Shown here: positions 25,901 to 32,151 of the stretch, piece by piece
How positions within the stretch are numbered: the first letter of the stretch is position 1
Layout: every line of letters starts with the position of its first letter
DNA from: Spirochaetaceae bacterium
GTDB lineage: Bacteria; Spirochaetota; Spirochaetia; Treponematales; Breznakiellaceae
Assembly (NCBI GenBank): GCA_031279965.1
Contig: JAITHM010000014.1
Coordinates: 1 to 32,151 of the forward strand
Length of the DNA: 32,151 bases
Direction of reading: 5' to 3'
Translations under genes and position numbers: made by a program
The notes under the pieces: model-generated
Told to the model about the DNA's origin: nothing
What the model saw: only the letters and a program-made list of their open reading frames with translations
The model's database searches: none

Positions 25901-26605
25901 ATAAAAAAAATCGATGTGGTGACTGAATTTGGCTTTTCTGCATCAGAAGAATTCTATTCAGTAGGAGCAAGCGGCTGGTTTAAGATAGAAGTTTGGGGAG
26001 CACAGGGCGGGGAGGCTACAAATGTATGGAATGAGTTTCAGAGTGATAAACCTGGCGCAAAAGGTGGTTATTCTTATGGTGATATTTATATTTCTGAAGG
26101 CACAGAACTGTATGTTCGTGTAGGCGGGAGGGGAGAATCGGCGAAAGAGGCTTATAGTTCTTATTCGGATGCTGTCGGCGGCTGGAATGGCGGCGGAGAT
26201 GGAGATGTTGGTAGTTTAGAGGGCGGTGGTGGCGGTGGCGGTAGGTCTGAGGTGCTCATGGGCTCGAATAAACGGCGTATTATTGTAGCTGGCGGTGGCT
26301 CAGGCGGCGTACAGAGTGGTAAGTATGGTGCTGGCGGCGGTGGTAATGAGGGCGAGAGAGAGGGCGTGGCTGGAAGTGACGGGAGCGGTTCAGTTAATGT
26401 TGATGGTAATGGGTCTAAGGGAACTGGTGGTTCAACGTATGGCGGCGGCGGCGGCGGCGGCGGATACAAAGGTGGGAGTAAAAACAGTGGTGGTTCCGCT
26501 TTTATCGAGACGAACAATGGGTTTTTCAGTAACATTGGCGGAAGCCGCGGCACGAGAGAAGGCGATGGTTATGTAAAAATTACCTGGCTTGGTATACAGA
26601 GATAA
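22958..26605 (+). CDS. Giant predicted surface lipoprotein: about 8 cadherin-like beta-sandwich repeats plus a C-terminal ALK/LTK-type glycine-rich domain
   Basis: The signal peptide ends in a lipobox-like GAGVFS-C. Repeated modules of about 90 aa resemble LEYLELSVGSLEPAFSRDKTEGYTLTLP...YVFELV. The C-terminal roughly 230 aa (nt 25910-26605) read FGFSASEEFYSVGASGWFKIEVWGAQGG...GAKGGYSYGDIYISEGTELYVRVGGRG...GGWNGGGDG...GGGGGGGRSEV...RIIVAGGGSGG...GGGGGGGYKGG. Confidence 0.9.
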   Translation: MKRRMMIGVGILAVLIGAGVFSCHGASFYDGWGDKIDDQTKSPFPGEVPLLESLTIVPQKGGDPLPLTPVFVPQTNMYQSYSSLAEMGLYEIKATVKEGSNYKISYVNGPLFTPLTVTYVIVTVTNDDIKNSYVVAFNDDNMPYAKLKLLGFSEGEITTPAEGFNSSIKDYNVTVPYGTKSVMAAGEPEQESGQVIYSEAPLDLTKRLTMVVQVVAPGYNVGSYTVTFLEATPQASFLEYLELSVGSLEPAFSRDKTEGYTLTLPASTPLTLKGHIAPGGEVTYSQGIAKPNNAQYIPNPKGGSDLLTITAHNGVGYAPKEYVFELVLDSTTPYASLSSLSATIDPPSDYLTWYRRDGGSRVPEVSGSGVFSPDVLNYELYLERGQPSAGTLTFAAAAGAGIANATITYEYLGPANEDSEAVLNFRFDERIPMRVRISAQGYLPVTYHVVINSAADYKPVALLKGLTLVGANLDPAWDPNDPAQDYYQAVGLRGNALIVQGVPEKDFFHVTYKAAKSIAALEDSVAITVRVDGGETYQPMEYVILVAVRQRMKPLLSLLKAGEKDIELIEGQFAYTVAIEDVAQVKIPYEWEYATPLDIDTAVHSLNGLTWTAPNDAPPQAEITVAEGNTALMQIKITCKDKTEAIYHIYMTRDENNDETLVLKDIERNGKGLEEFSQNKRNYTVYVDSLSQQTIEGILSDEMMSSRPGIKVTYRLSGEILWNPEPAKFRLQAEAPRNTQTVNIRVSLGGAKNVYSVTYIWAEKLFKITEVTYTASMGKVEIEPLSATTTGIPGGAPFMVRQVPNNGSKIGIGQTPQDGGLPVIRSSDNGVELDTAIDGSVPASPVPAIFYVKEMPPKDVKLELFFVQVDSTDNKLDMLDIIDKDGNKSCMTTAFVRTNSSVKAFLTNNQGVTVKGKAPLSSNIYYKIIKVGAAATPLKASLTATREFNFDIDMPIPMSVVVILEVHPNNAGLGVTTYILVIKKIDVVTEFGFSASEEFYSVGASGWFKIEVWGAQGGEATNVWNEFQSDKPGAKGGYSYGDIYISEGTELYVRVGGRGESAKEAYSSYSDAVGGWNGGGDGDVGSLEGGGGGGGRSEVLMGSNKRRIIVAGGGSGGVQSGKYGAGGGGNEGEREGVAGSDGSGSVNVDGNGSKGTGGSTYGGGGGGGGYKGGSKNSGGSAFIETNNGFFSNIGGSRGTREGDGYVKITWLGIQR

Positions 26606-26628
26606 TTTAATTTAGGAGAAAGGAAAAA

Positions 26629-29600
26629 ATGATGAAAAAGAACGGCAAAAAAATTAACAAGGGTTATGTGGCATGTTTGTGCGGAGCACTGGTGCTTATG
26701 GCGGTAGTGGGCGCCTGTCATGCGGCGGGCTATTTTGATGGCTACGGCGACAATACGGGCGGTAACGGAGGGGCAGACTCCACCACGGTTCCCTACCTCG
26801 ACAGCCTGGAATTGCAGGCAACAGGGGGCGGGATTATCGCGTTTGATAAACCGTTTGATCCGGGTACCAATATGTATTCTGTTAGATATGCAAGCGTCCC
26901 CAACCCGTCATATACGGTCGTTGCGACATCGTTAAATTTTAATGTAACGTATGTAACAGGAACTGTGCTTTCTCCGGCAACGGATACATACGCCATTGTG
27001 TCGGTGGAAAACGGCAAGCTTAAAAACGACTATATTATTTCGGTAAACAAGGATGGGCTTCCGGAAGCTAAACTAAAAAGCCTTACTTTTTCAGACGGTT
27101 ATTTTGTTTCTCCAAGCTGGAGCTTTGACCCGGATATAACTGGCTATGAAATTGAAGTGCCGGAAGGCATTGATACCATACTTGCTTCCGGTGTGCCGGA
27201 GGTTGCTGCGGGCAAGGTAGTCTACAGCGAAGCTCCTGTTTCTGTAGGCAGTGGCAAGCCGCTTATAATTCAGGTTGCCGCTCCCGGACATAATATTGGC
27301 GTGTATACGATATTGGTACAGCGTGCGAACCCGATGCCGTCGTTCCTCGATGGTCTTGAACTTTCGGCAGGTTCGCTGTCGCCGAAATTTTCCAGAAATA
27401 TTACAAATTATACAATAACGTTACATTCATCTACGCCGCTTACCGTGCTGGGGCGTGTTGCCTATGGAACGGTAAGTTATAGCCAGGGTACGGCGCTTGC
27501 AAACGGCGGCCAGCAGATTAATACGCCGTCGGGAGTAGTAACGCTTACGGCAAATTATGGAATTGCCAATATCAAAGTGGTTTCAGGCGATAAGGAGCGC
27601 TATGTCCGGCGTGCCCACACGCCCAAAGACTATCTATTCACTATTGTAATAGATGATACTGCCAAGTATACCAATTTGGACGAAATTAAGGTAAACGGTG
27701 TAAGCGGTGCGCGCGCGCAGGATGAGGCTTGGATACTGTATCAGCGTAACGGAGGGAACCGTACCGGAAAAGAAGGCTTTGAGGCAGATGTGCTTACCTA
27801 CGAGCTGTATTTTACATCGTATTATCCGGGGGAAAAGGCCGCAGATATAACAGCGTATGCCTTGTCTGTAGAAGGTTTTCTAAGTTCTGCAAATAATTTG
27901 CGCTGGAAACTTGAATATAATAAGGGCAATCCGATGTATAATCCTACGGTTGCTGCGCTGTTCCAGACTGACGACGACAAGACAAGGTATTCCAACTTTA
28001 TTGATCCGCAAATACCCATGCAGATTACTGTTAAGGAAAGAGATGGTATAAACGAAGGAGCTCTGCCTCGTGTGTACCATATATTTATATCGTATAACAA
28101 TGCCAACTGGCCCTATGCGGTGCTTACCGATATTTTGGTAAACGGCGAGGGCACAGGTGCCAATACGCTGCAAAATACGGATAGCCCGGGGCAAGGCTTT
28201 CTGTCGCTTAATTTTAACTATTCGCTTGGCGTCCGGCGAGGAGCCAACCTTATCCTTAAAGGCATTCCCGAAAAGGAAAGCGTTATTGTCGACGAGCAAG
28301 TTACTGATAGTGATGGAAACACAACTGGAGAGATGGTTACCCATGCGGTACGCGGTTACGATATCCGCTACGATCCGGAAAACAGTTTTGCTAATGTTCA
28401 GAACGGAGGCACGGTAAAAATATGGGTAAACGGAGGCATTGGCTATAGAGAAGCTGAATACACAATAGAAATTGAAGTTTTTGAACCGATGAATCCAGAA
28501 CTGCAAACGATTAGCGTCCGGGGCAATGAATTGGGAGTAATCACTAAAAACTACCGGTATGTCGAGGTTCTGGAGTACGAAGGCGAAGAATTTATGCAGC
28601 TTCCGTTTGAATGGGCGCCGGTTGTTCCCGAAGGCATTAAAACGATCAGATATGCCTACGAGGTGGTAGCCGGAAGCACCCATTGGATTGATGACCCGGA
28701 GCACGATGGTTTTGACGCGGGATCAAGCTTTGTTGCGGAAAAGGGAAAGGCGTATATAGTCTATATAGAAGTAACCTGCAACGACGGGGAACAGGTTACC
28801 TACACGGTCCAGCTTAAACGCCAAGGACAAACGGACAAGTCGATAGTATTAACAATGATTCAGTTGAACAATGTAGATATTACGGGATTTAATAAAGATA
28901 TTCAAAGCTACGTGATAAACATCACCAATTCAAATGATAACACGCTTAAAGGAATTATTGATCCTAATGTAGGCGTGGTTCTGTATTCGTATGACGAGGT
29001 TAACTGGCAGAACACTGATCCTATAGAATCTTTGCTCCCCGGGGAAACAAGAACGATTATAATCCGCGCGGATGCTTCGGGAAAATACAATGATTATACG
29101 GTAACGCTTTCTCGTTCAACGGCCTTGTATAAGGTTGATGCGGTTTCAGTATCAAAAGATGATGCCGGTAATGAGCTGGGAACTTATCAGCTCAGCCCCA
29201 GTACATCCATTACTACTGGTGTTGTTGCCGGTACTTTGATGTATCTCGTAGTAACACCTGTCAATAATCAATATAAAATTGCTACAAAACCTGTGGTACA
29301 GATAACCGGCACCTCGCAGAGAGAGTCAGTTGTTGGGGTGGTTCCTGGTGGTTCTAACCAAAGTAGTTTTAGCTTTTCTATGCCGGCGGGCGATGTAACT
29401 ATTACACTTTATTTTGAAAATATTCTAAGTCAGAGCAATCAATTGGTTGTTTTGACTGCCAGTGATGGAAGTAAAATGCCGATTATGGAAGTTTTTGATG
29501 GCGCTAAAAGCGACAAAACATGGTATGTAGGAACGAAAAATACAAAAGTAGATTTTTCTATTACGGGCCCTGTGGGAGCAGAAATTTCATACAAAGAGTT

Positions 29601-30624
29601 GTTCTCTGATTATACGGCAGGCCTTTCTGAAAATCCAATACCTCTTAATAAGGACGACGAGTTTAGTCTGGCATCGCTTTATGCTGGGTTAATGAGGCCT
29701 ATTCTCATAACTGTAAGACCGGATAATACGGATCTTGAGATCCGTGAGTATCTGGTGATTGTAATGCGGCTGCCAAACAATGGCGTGTCGAATTTTGCTT
29801 TTTCAGGGAGTACGGTGAACTGGGTTCCTCCAATTCCTGGCTGGTATAAGGTTGAATTATGGGGTGGAGCGGGAGGACAAGCTTGGGCTGATACAGATTT
29901 GACGGCCAATCACAACCGATGGAATAATGATACACAAGGCGGGGGAGGGTACACCTGTGTTGAAGGTGCTTTTAAAGAAAATTATTTCTTCAAGATCAAA
30001 GTAGGGGGACGTGGTCAAAAGGCTGCGGGGAGAAAAGAAGATGATAAGACGTTTAGTGTCACCTTCCCGGATGGTGGAAAAGGGGGTAAGAACAGGCACT
30101 TCGTTGATCAGTATCAAGGTGCTTGCGGTGGCGGGGGTTCCTTTTTATTCTTTGGCTACAATGGGGGAAATGATTTTGAAGCCGTTGCTGTTGCCGGCGG
30201 TGGTGGCGGCGGGTCGTCTAAAGGAAAGGATGGGCCTACAAATGGCGGTGCTGGAGGTGGTGGAAATCCCTGGCGAAGTGCTGGTGAATATGCTTTGAAT
30301 AGACAACAAGCGGATCAGAAGGATGATACTTCAGGTTTTACTCAAACAACTCATACCGGTGATGCTAACAAAACCGCTAATTTTGTTGGAAGGGACGGGC
30401 ATGAGAAAGGTCAAGGCGGCGGCGGCGGCGGATACTATGTTGGAAGTAATTGGGGGCAAGGCGGCCAGGGCTGGGCAAGAATGCCTGCGGATCTTGGCGG
30501 CAGATCGCAATATGATGGTCCTGTTTTTACAAAGGTCAGCGGCAAAAGAAACCAGAAGCTAAAAGCAAGTGGTGAAGTAAGAATTACCTGGATGGGCGCG
30601 GTAGACCCGGCGGCTACTCCGTAA
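26629..30624 (+). CDS. Paralogous giant predicted surface lipoprotein with the same architecture
   Basis: The signal peptide carries LMAVVGA-C. The protein is collinear with the upstream gene (for example SFLDGLELSAGSLSPKFSRNITNYTITL). The C-terminal roughly 285 aa (nt 29771-30624) read FAFSGSTVNWVPPIPGWYKVELWGGAGG...GGGGYTCVEGAFKENYFFKIKVGGRG...GACGGGGSFLFF...AVAVAGGGGGGS...GQGGGGGGYYVG. The gene starts 23 nt after gene 1 and has its own RBS. Confidence 0.9.
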   Translation: MMKKNGKKINKGYVACLCGALVLMAVVGACHAAGYFDGYGDNTGGNGGADSTTVPYLDSLELQATGGGIIAFDKPFDPGTNMYSVRYASVPNPSYTVVATSLNFNVTYVTGTVLSPATDTYAIVSVENGKLKNDYIISVNKDGLPEAKLKSLTFSDGYFVSPSWSFDPDITGYEIEVPEGIDTILASGVPEVAAGKVVYSEAPVSVGSGKPLIIQVAAPGHNIGVYTILVQRANPMPSFLDGLELSAGSLSPKFSRNITNYTITLHSSTPLTVLGRVAYGTVSYSQGTALANGGQQINTPSGVVTLTANYGIANIKVVSGDKERYVRRAHTPKDYLFTIVIDDTAKYTNLDEIKVNGVSGARAQDEAWILYQRNGGNRTGKEGFEADVLTYELYFTSYYPGEKAADITAYALSVEGFLSSANNLRWKLEYNKGNPMYNPTVAALFQTDDDKTRYSNFIDPQIPMQITVKERDGINEGALPRVYHIFISYNNANWPYAVLTDILVNGEGTGANTLQNTDSPGQGFLSLNFNYSLGVRRGANLILKGIPEKESVIVDEQVTDSDGNTTGEMVTHAVRGYDIRYDPENSFANVQNGGTVKIWVNGGIGYREAEYTIEIEVFEPMNPELQTISVRGNELGVITKNYRYVEVLEYEGEEFMQLPFEWAPVVPEGIKTIRYAYEVVAGSTHWIDDPEHDGFDAGSSFVAEKGKAYIVYIEVTCNDGEQVTYTVQLKRQGQTDKSIVLTMIQLNNVDITGFNKDIQSYVINITNSNDNTLKGIIDPNVGVVLYSYDEVNWQNTDPIESLLPGETRTIIIRADASGKYNDYTVTLSRSTALYKVDAVSVSKDDAGNELGTYQLSPSTSITTGVVAGTLMYLVVTPVNNQYKIATKPVVQITGTSQRESVVGVVPGGSNQSSFSFSMPAGDVTITLYFENILSQSNQLVVLTASDGSKMPIMEVFDGAKSDKTWYVGTKNTKVDFSITGPVGAEISYKELFSDYTAGLSENPIPLNKDDEFSLASLYAGLMRPILITVRPDNTDLEIREYLVIVMRLPNNGVSNFAFSGSTVNWVPPIPGWYKVELWGGAGGQAWADTDLTANHNRWNNDTQGGGGYTCVEGAFKENYFFKIKVGGRGQKAAGRKEDDKTFSVTFPDGGKGGKNRHFVDQYQGACGGGGSFLFFGYNGGNDFEAVAVAGGGGGGSSKGKDGPTNGGAGGGGNPWRSAGEYALNRQQADQKDDTSGFTQTTHTGDANKTANFVGRDGHEKGQGGGGGGYYVGSNWGQGGQGWARMPADLGGRSQYDGPVFTKVSGKRNQKLKASGEVRITWMGAVDPAATP

Positions 30625-30647
30625 GCATCTCTGCGCCAAACACAAAA

Positions 30648-30676
30648 CCGCAAAGCCTCCGCTTTGCGGTTTTTTT
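30648..30676 (+). terminator. Rho-independent terminator of the giant-gene operon
   Basis: CCGCAAAGC-ctcc-GCTTTGCGG is a perfect 9-bp stem. A T7 run follows. The structure begins 24 nt after the stop codon. Confidence 0.85.
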
Positions 30677-30690
30677 ATGCGCCCGCCCGC

Positions 30691-30892
30691 CTTCGCTTGT
30701 GGGGCGTTCAATGTTTCTGTCCCAGCAGCCGCTCCTGCGCCCCCCACCGCCCACACTTCACCGGAGGAACGCGCTCAACGTTTCGCACGCTTTCGCTTGG
30801 TGGGGCGTTCGCCTTTTCTGTCCCAGTAGCCGCTTCTGCGCCCCACACCGTGCTAACTTCCCCGGAGGGACGCGCTCAACGTTTCGCGCGCC
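30691..30892 (+). repeat. Two tandem GC-rich units of about 100 bp (short hairpin module plus linker with GCGCTCAACGTTTCGC)
   Basis: Unit 1 (30691-30790) and unit 2 (30791-30892) align end to end. The shared pattern is TTCGCTTG(G)TGGGGCGTTC....TTTCTGTCCCAG.AGCCGCT.CTGCGCCCC...ACTTC.CCGGAGG.ACGCGCTCAACGTTTCGC.CGC. Confidence 0.85.
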
Positions 30893-30907
30893 AGTGCTTG
30901 GTGGGGT

Positions 30908-31160
30908 GGGGGCGCGTGGAAATTCGTGCGGGCAAAACGCTTGGCGGCTAGAGCACAAGCCACGCCAAAGCGTGCGTCAGCAAAGCCCCCGGCCAACTAG
31001 TTTTGTACGCGCGAATTTCCACGCGCCCCGTTTCGGGAAAGCCGTGCGGGCAAAACGTTTGGCGGCTAGAGCACAAGCCACGCCAAAGCGTGCGTCCGCA
31101 AAGTCCCGGCCAACTAGTTTTGTACGCGCGAATTTCCACGCGCCCCGTTTCGGGAAAGCC
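30908..31160 (+). repeat. Palindrome-bounded unit of about 122 bp (30908-31029) and its 118-bp tandem duplication (units 30926-31043 and 31044-31160)
   Basis: The arms GGGGGCGCGTGGAAATTCG (30908-30926) and CGAATTTCCACGCGCCCC (31012-31029) are perfect inverted repeats. The segment GTGCGGGCAAAACG..TTGGCGGCTAGAGCACAAGCCACGCCAAAGCGTGCGTC.GCAAAG..CCCGGCCAACTAGTTTTGTACGCGCGAATTTCCACGCGCCCCGTTTCGGGAAAGCC occurs twice in tandem. Confidence 0.85.
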
Positions 31161-31235
31161 TTTTGTAATTGCAAAGCAAATCGCTTGACTTATTACCGGC
31201 ATTAGACGATACTTAAAACGTCAACTGAATCAAGA

Positions 31236-31847
31236 TCAGCTGACTCCGCCCCCTGTGAGTGGAATAGAACTGTTGGGGTTAGCAGAAGTGGCTGCTGCGT
31301 TAGTGGCGTTTTGTTCGCTATCACTGGAGGGATGGCCGTCTCCCCCTGATTGGTCTATAATTTCAATCTCTGAGATGTCATAAATTGCATTGTTTTCTAA
31401 TATTTTAATAACGTCTTTTACAAAAGTTTTTTTCCTTTTTTTAAAGAATGTAACTGAAAGATACCTTCGCTTTTTTTTGCTTATGTGTTCAATATAAATA
31501 TATGTATGACCTTCTTCTGTGTGTTTACCATAAAGCACACTGTATGTGCTAAAATGTTTTATTTTTCGTATCTCAAATGACGGCGTTTGTACTATGTCTG
31601 GTATACTCATAAAGTCTTTTTCTGTTATGGCAATTTGTCCTTGTTGTTTTTCTGCCACAAAATTACCGTGTCTGTCATAAATATGTTTAATTCTCTCTAC
31701 GTTTGTTGTGTGGGTATATCCATTAGAGTCAAGTAGAATAGTAAAACTATTTTTTGGAATGTCATTTATGCCTTTCTTGTGATTAACTGCTTGTGCCCAT
31801 GCGTTTTGAATAAATCTTTTATATTCTCGTCTTTGTTCTTCACTCAT
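31236..31847 (-). CDS. AT-rich orphan protein (203 aa), possible nuclease/toxin-like domain, cassette-borne
   Basis: This is the only long ORF in the AT-rich segment. It has a clean ATG start, no signal peptide, a basic patch KKKRRYLSVTFFKKRKK, and a low-complexity Ser/Asn/Gly tail. I cannot assign a family with confidence. Confidence 0.65.
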   Translation of the reverse strand: MSEEQRREYKRFIQNAWAQAVNHKKGINDIPKNSFTILLDSNGYTHTTNVERIKHIYDRHGNFVAEKQQGQIAITEKDFMSIPDIVQTPSFEIRKIKHFSTYSVLYGKHTEEGHTYIYIEHISKKKRRYLSVTFFKKRKKTFVKDVIKILENNAIYDISEIEIIDQSGGDGHPSSDSEQNATNAAATSANPNSSIPLTGGGVS

Positions 31848-31892
31848 ACTTCAATTATCGGTGCGGTGACAGCTTGCGGTAAGTGCTTACGA

Positions 31893-32075
31893 CCCCGCCG
31901 CCCACACTTCGCCGGAGGAACGCGCTCAACGTTTCGCGCGCCATTTCTTGGTGGGGGCGCGTGGAAATTCGCGGGGGCAAAACGTTTGGCGGCTAGAGTT
32001 CCGGCCACGCCAAAGCGTGCGTCAGCAAAGTCCCCGGCCAACTAGTTTTGTACGCGCGAATTTCCACGCGCCCCC
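31893..32075 (+). repeat. Third, direct-orientation copy of the linker plus palindromic unit
   Basis: It is near-identical and collinear with 30845-31029. It contains CCCACACTTCGCCGGAGGAACGCGCTCAACGTTTCGCGCGCC, then the 21-bp arms GGGGGCGCGTGGAAATTCGCG (31953-31973) and CGCGAATTTCCACGCGCCCCC (32055-32075). Confidence 0.85.
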
Positions 32076-32151
32076 TCACGGAAAAGCAACACGCTTGCCG
32101 GTAAGGGCTTTGGCGGTGTAGTGTAAGGCATGGGCAGAAACAGCAGCTACA

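Noticed and set aside
26161-26553. 130-aa Pro-rich minus-strand ORF, and the similar antisense ORFs 9506..9877 -, 8380..8829 -, 27880..28704 - and 24974..25408 -
   Set aside because: These are mirror-frame shadows of strongly supported plus-strand genes. Gly-codon runs read as Pro on the opposite strand, and Ala-rich L7/L12 reads as Ala/Ser. AT-rich stretches also lack stops by chance. None has independent start signals.
30691-31160. Possible CRISPR array
   Set aside because: The repeat units are 100-118 bp and directly abut each other with no unique spacers. There are only 2+2 copies, and no cas genes are present. This is not CRISPR architecture.
30664-31205. Several ORFs of 60-170 aa on both strands within the repeat array (30664..30951 +, 30699..31205 +, 30948..31202 -, 30977..31174 -, 31003..31188 +), and 31779..32045 + and 31844..32041 - on the other side
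   Set aside because: These frames are open only because the DNA is GC-rich and repetitive. Their 'proteins' are Arg/Ala/Pro-rich and repeat with the DNA period. They overlap one another on both strands and have no RBS. I read them as non-coding structured repeats.

Overview
The window looks like a chromosomal segment of a spirochaete, probably Treponema-like. That assignment is an inference from the protein families present and from a mid-range GC content judged by eye. I support about 26 protein genes.

Most are housekeeping genes packed into tight operons, often with overlapping stop and start codons:
- a TPR / secreted / TPR trio, then murI and rsgA
- one visibly AT-rich reverse-strand WbsX-type glycosyltransferase
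- glycerate kinase
- rplK-rplA-rplJ-rplL, without the usual secE-nusG or rpoBC neighbours
- phoH, a 7TM-HD phosphohydrolase, ybeY and a CorC/TlyC-like protein
- rpsU and hydF
- an NCS2 nucleobase permease
- a DUF815-type AAA ATPase
- a single-domain CheY-like regulator
- prfB (with the classical +1 frameshift), murG, cvpA and holB

The accessory-looking part is the last 9 kb. A near-consensus promoter drives two tandem paralogous giant predicted lipoproteins of 1215 and 1331 aa. Each is built from cadherin-like beta-sandwich repeats and ends in an ALK/LTK-type glycine-rich domain. One strong intrinsic terminator follows. After it comes a GC-rich, highly structured modular repeat array. This array brackets an AT-rich orphan gene in direct-repeat fashion, which is cassette- or integron-like.

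Other oddities are inverted arrays of heptamer repeats upstream of rplK, and G9 and G8 homopolymer tracts inside coding regions. I recognised no rRNA, tRNA, CRISPR array, transposase or integrase. All family assignments rest on motif recognition by eye, not on searches.
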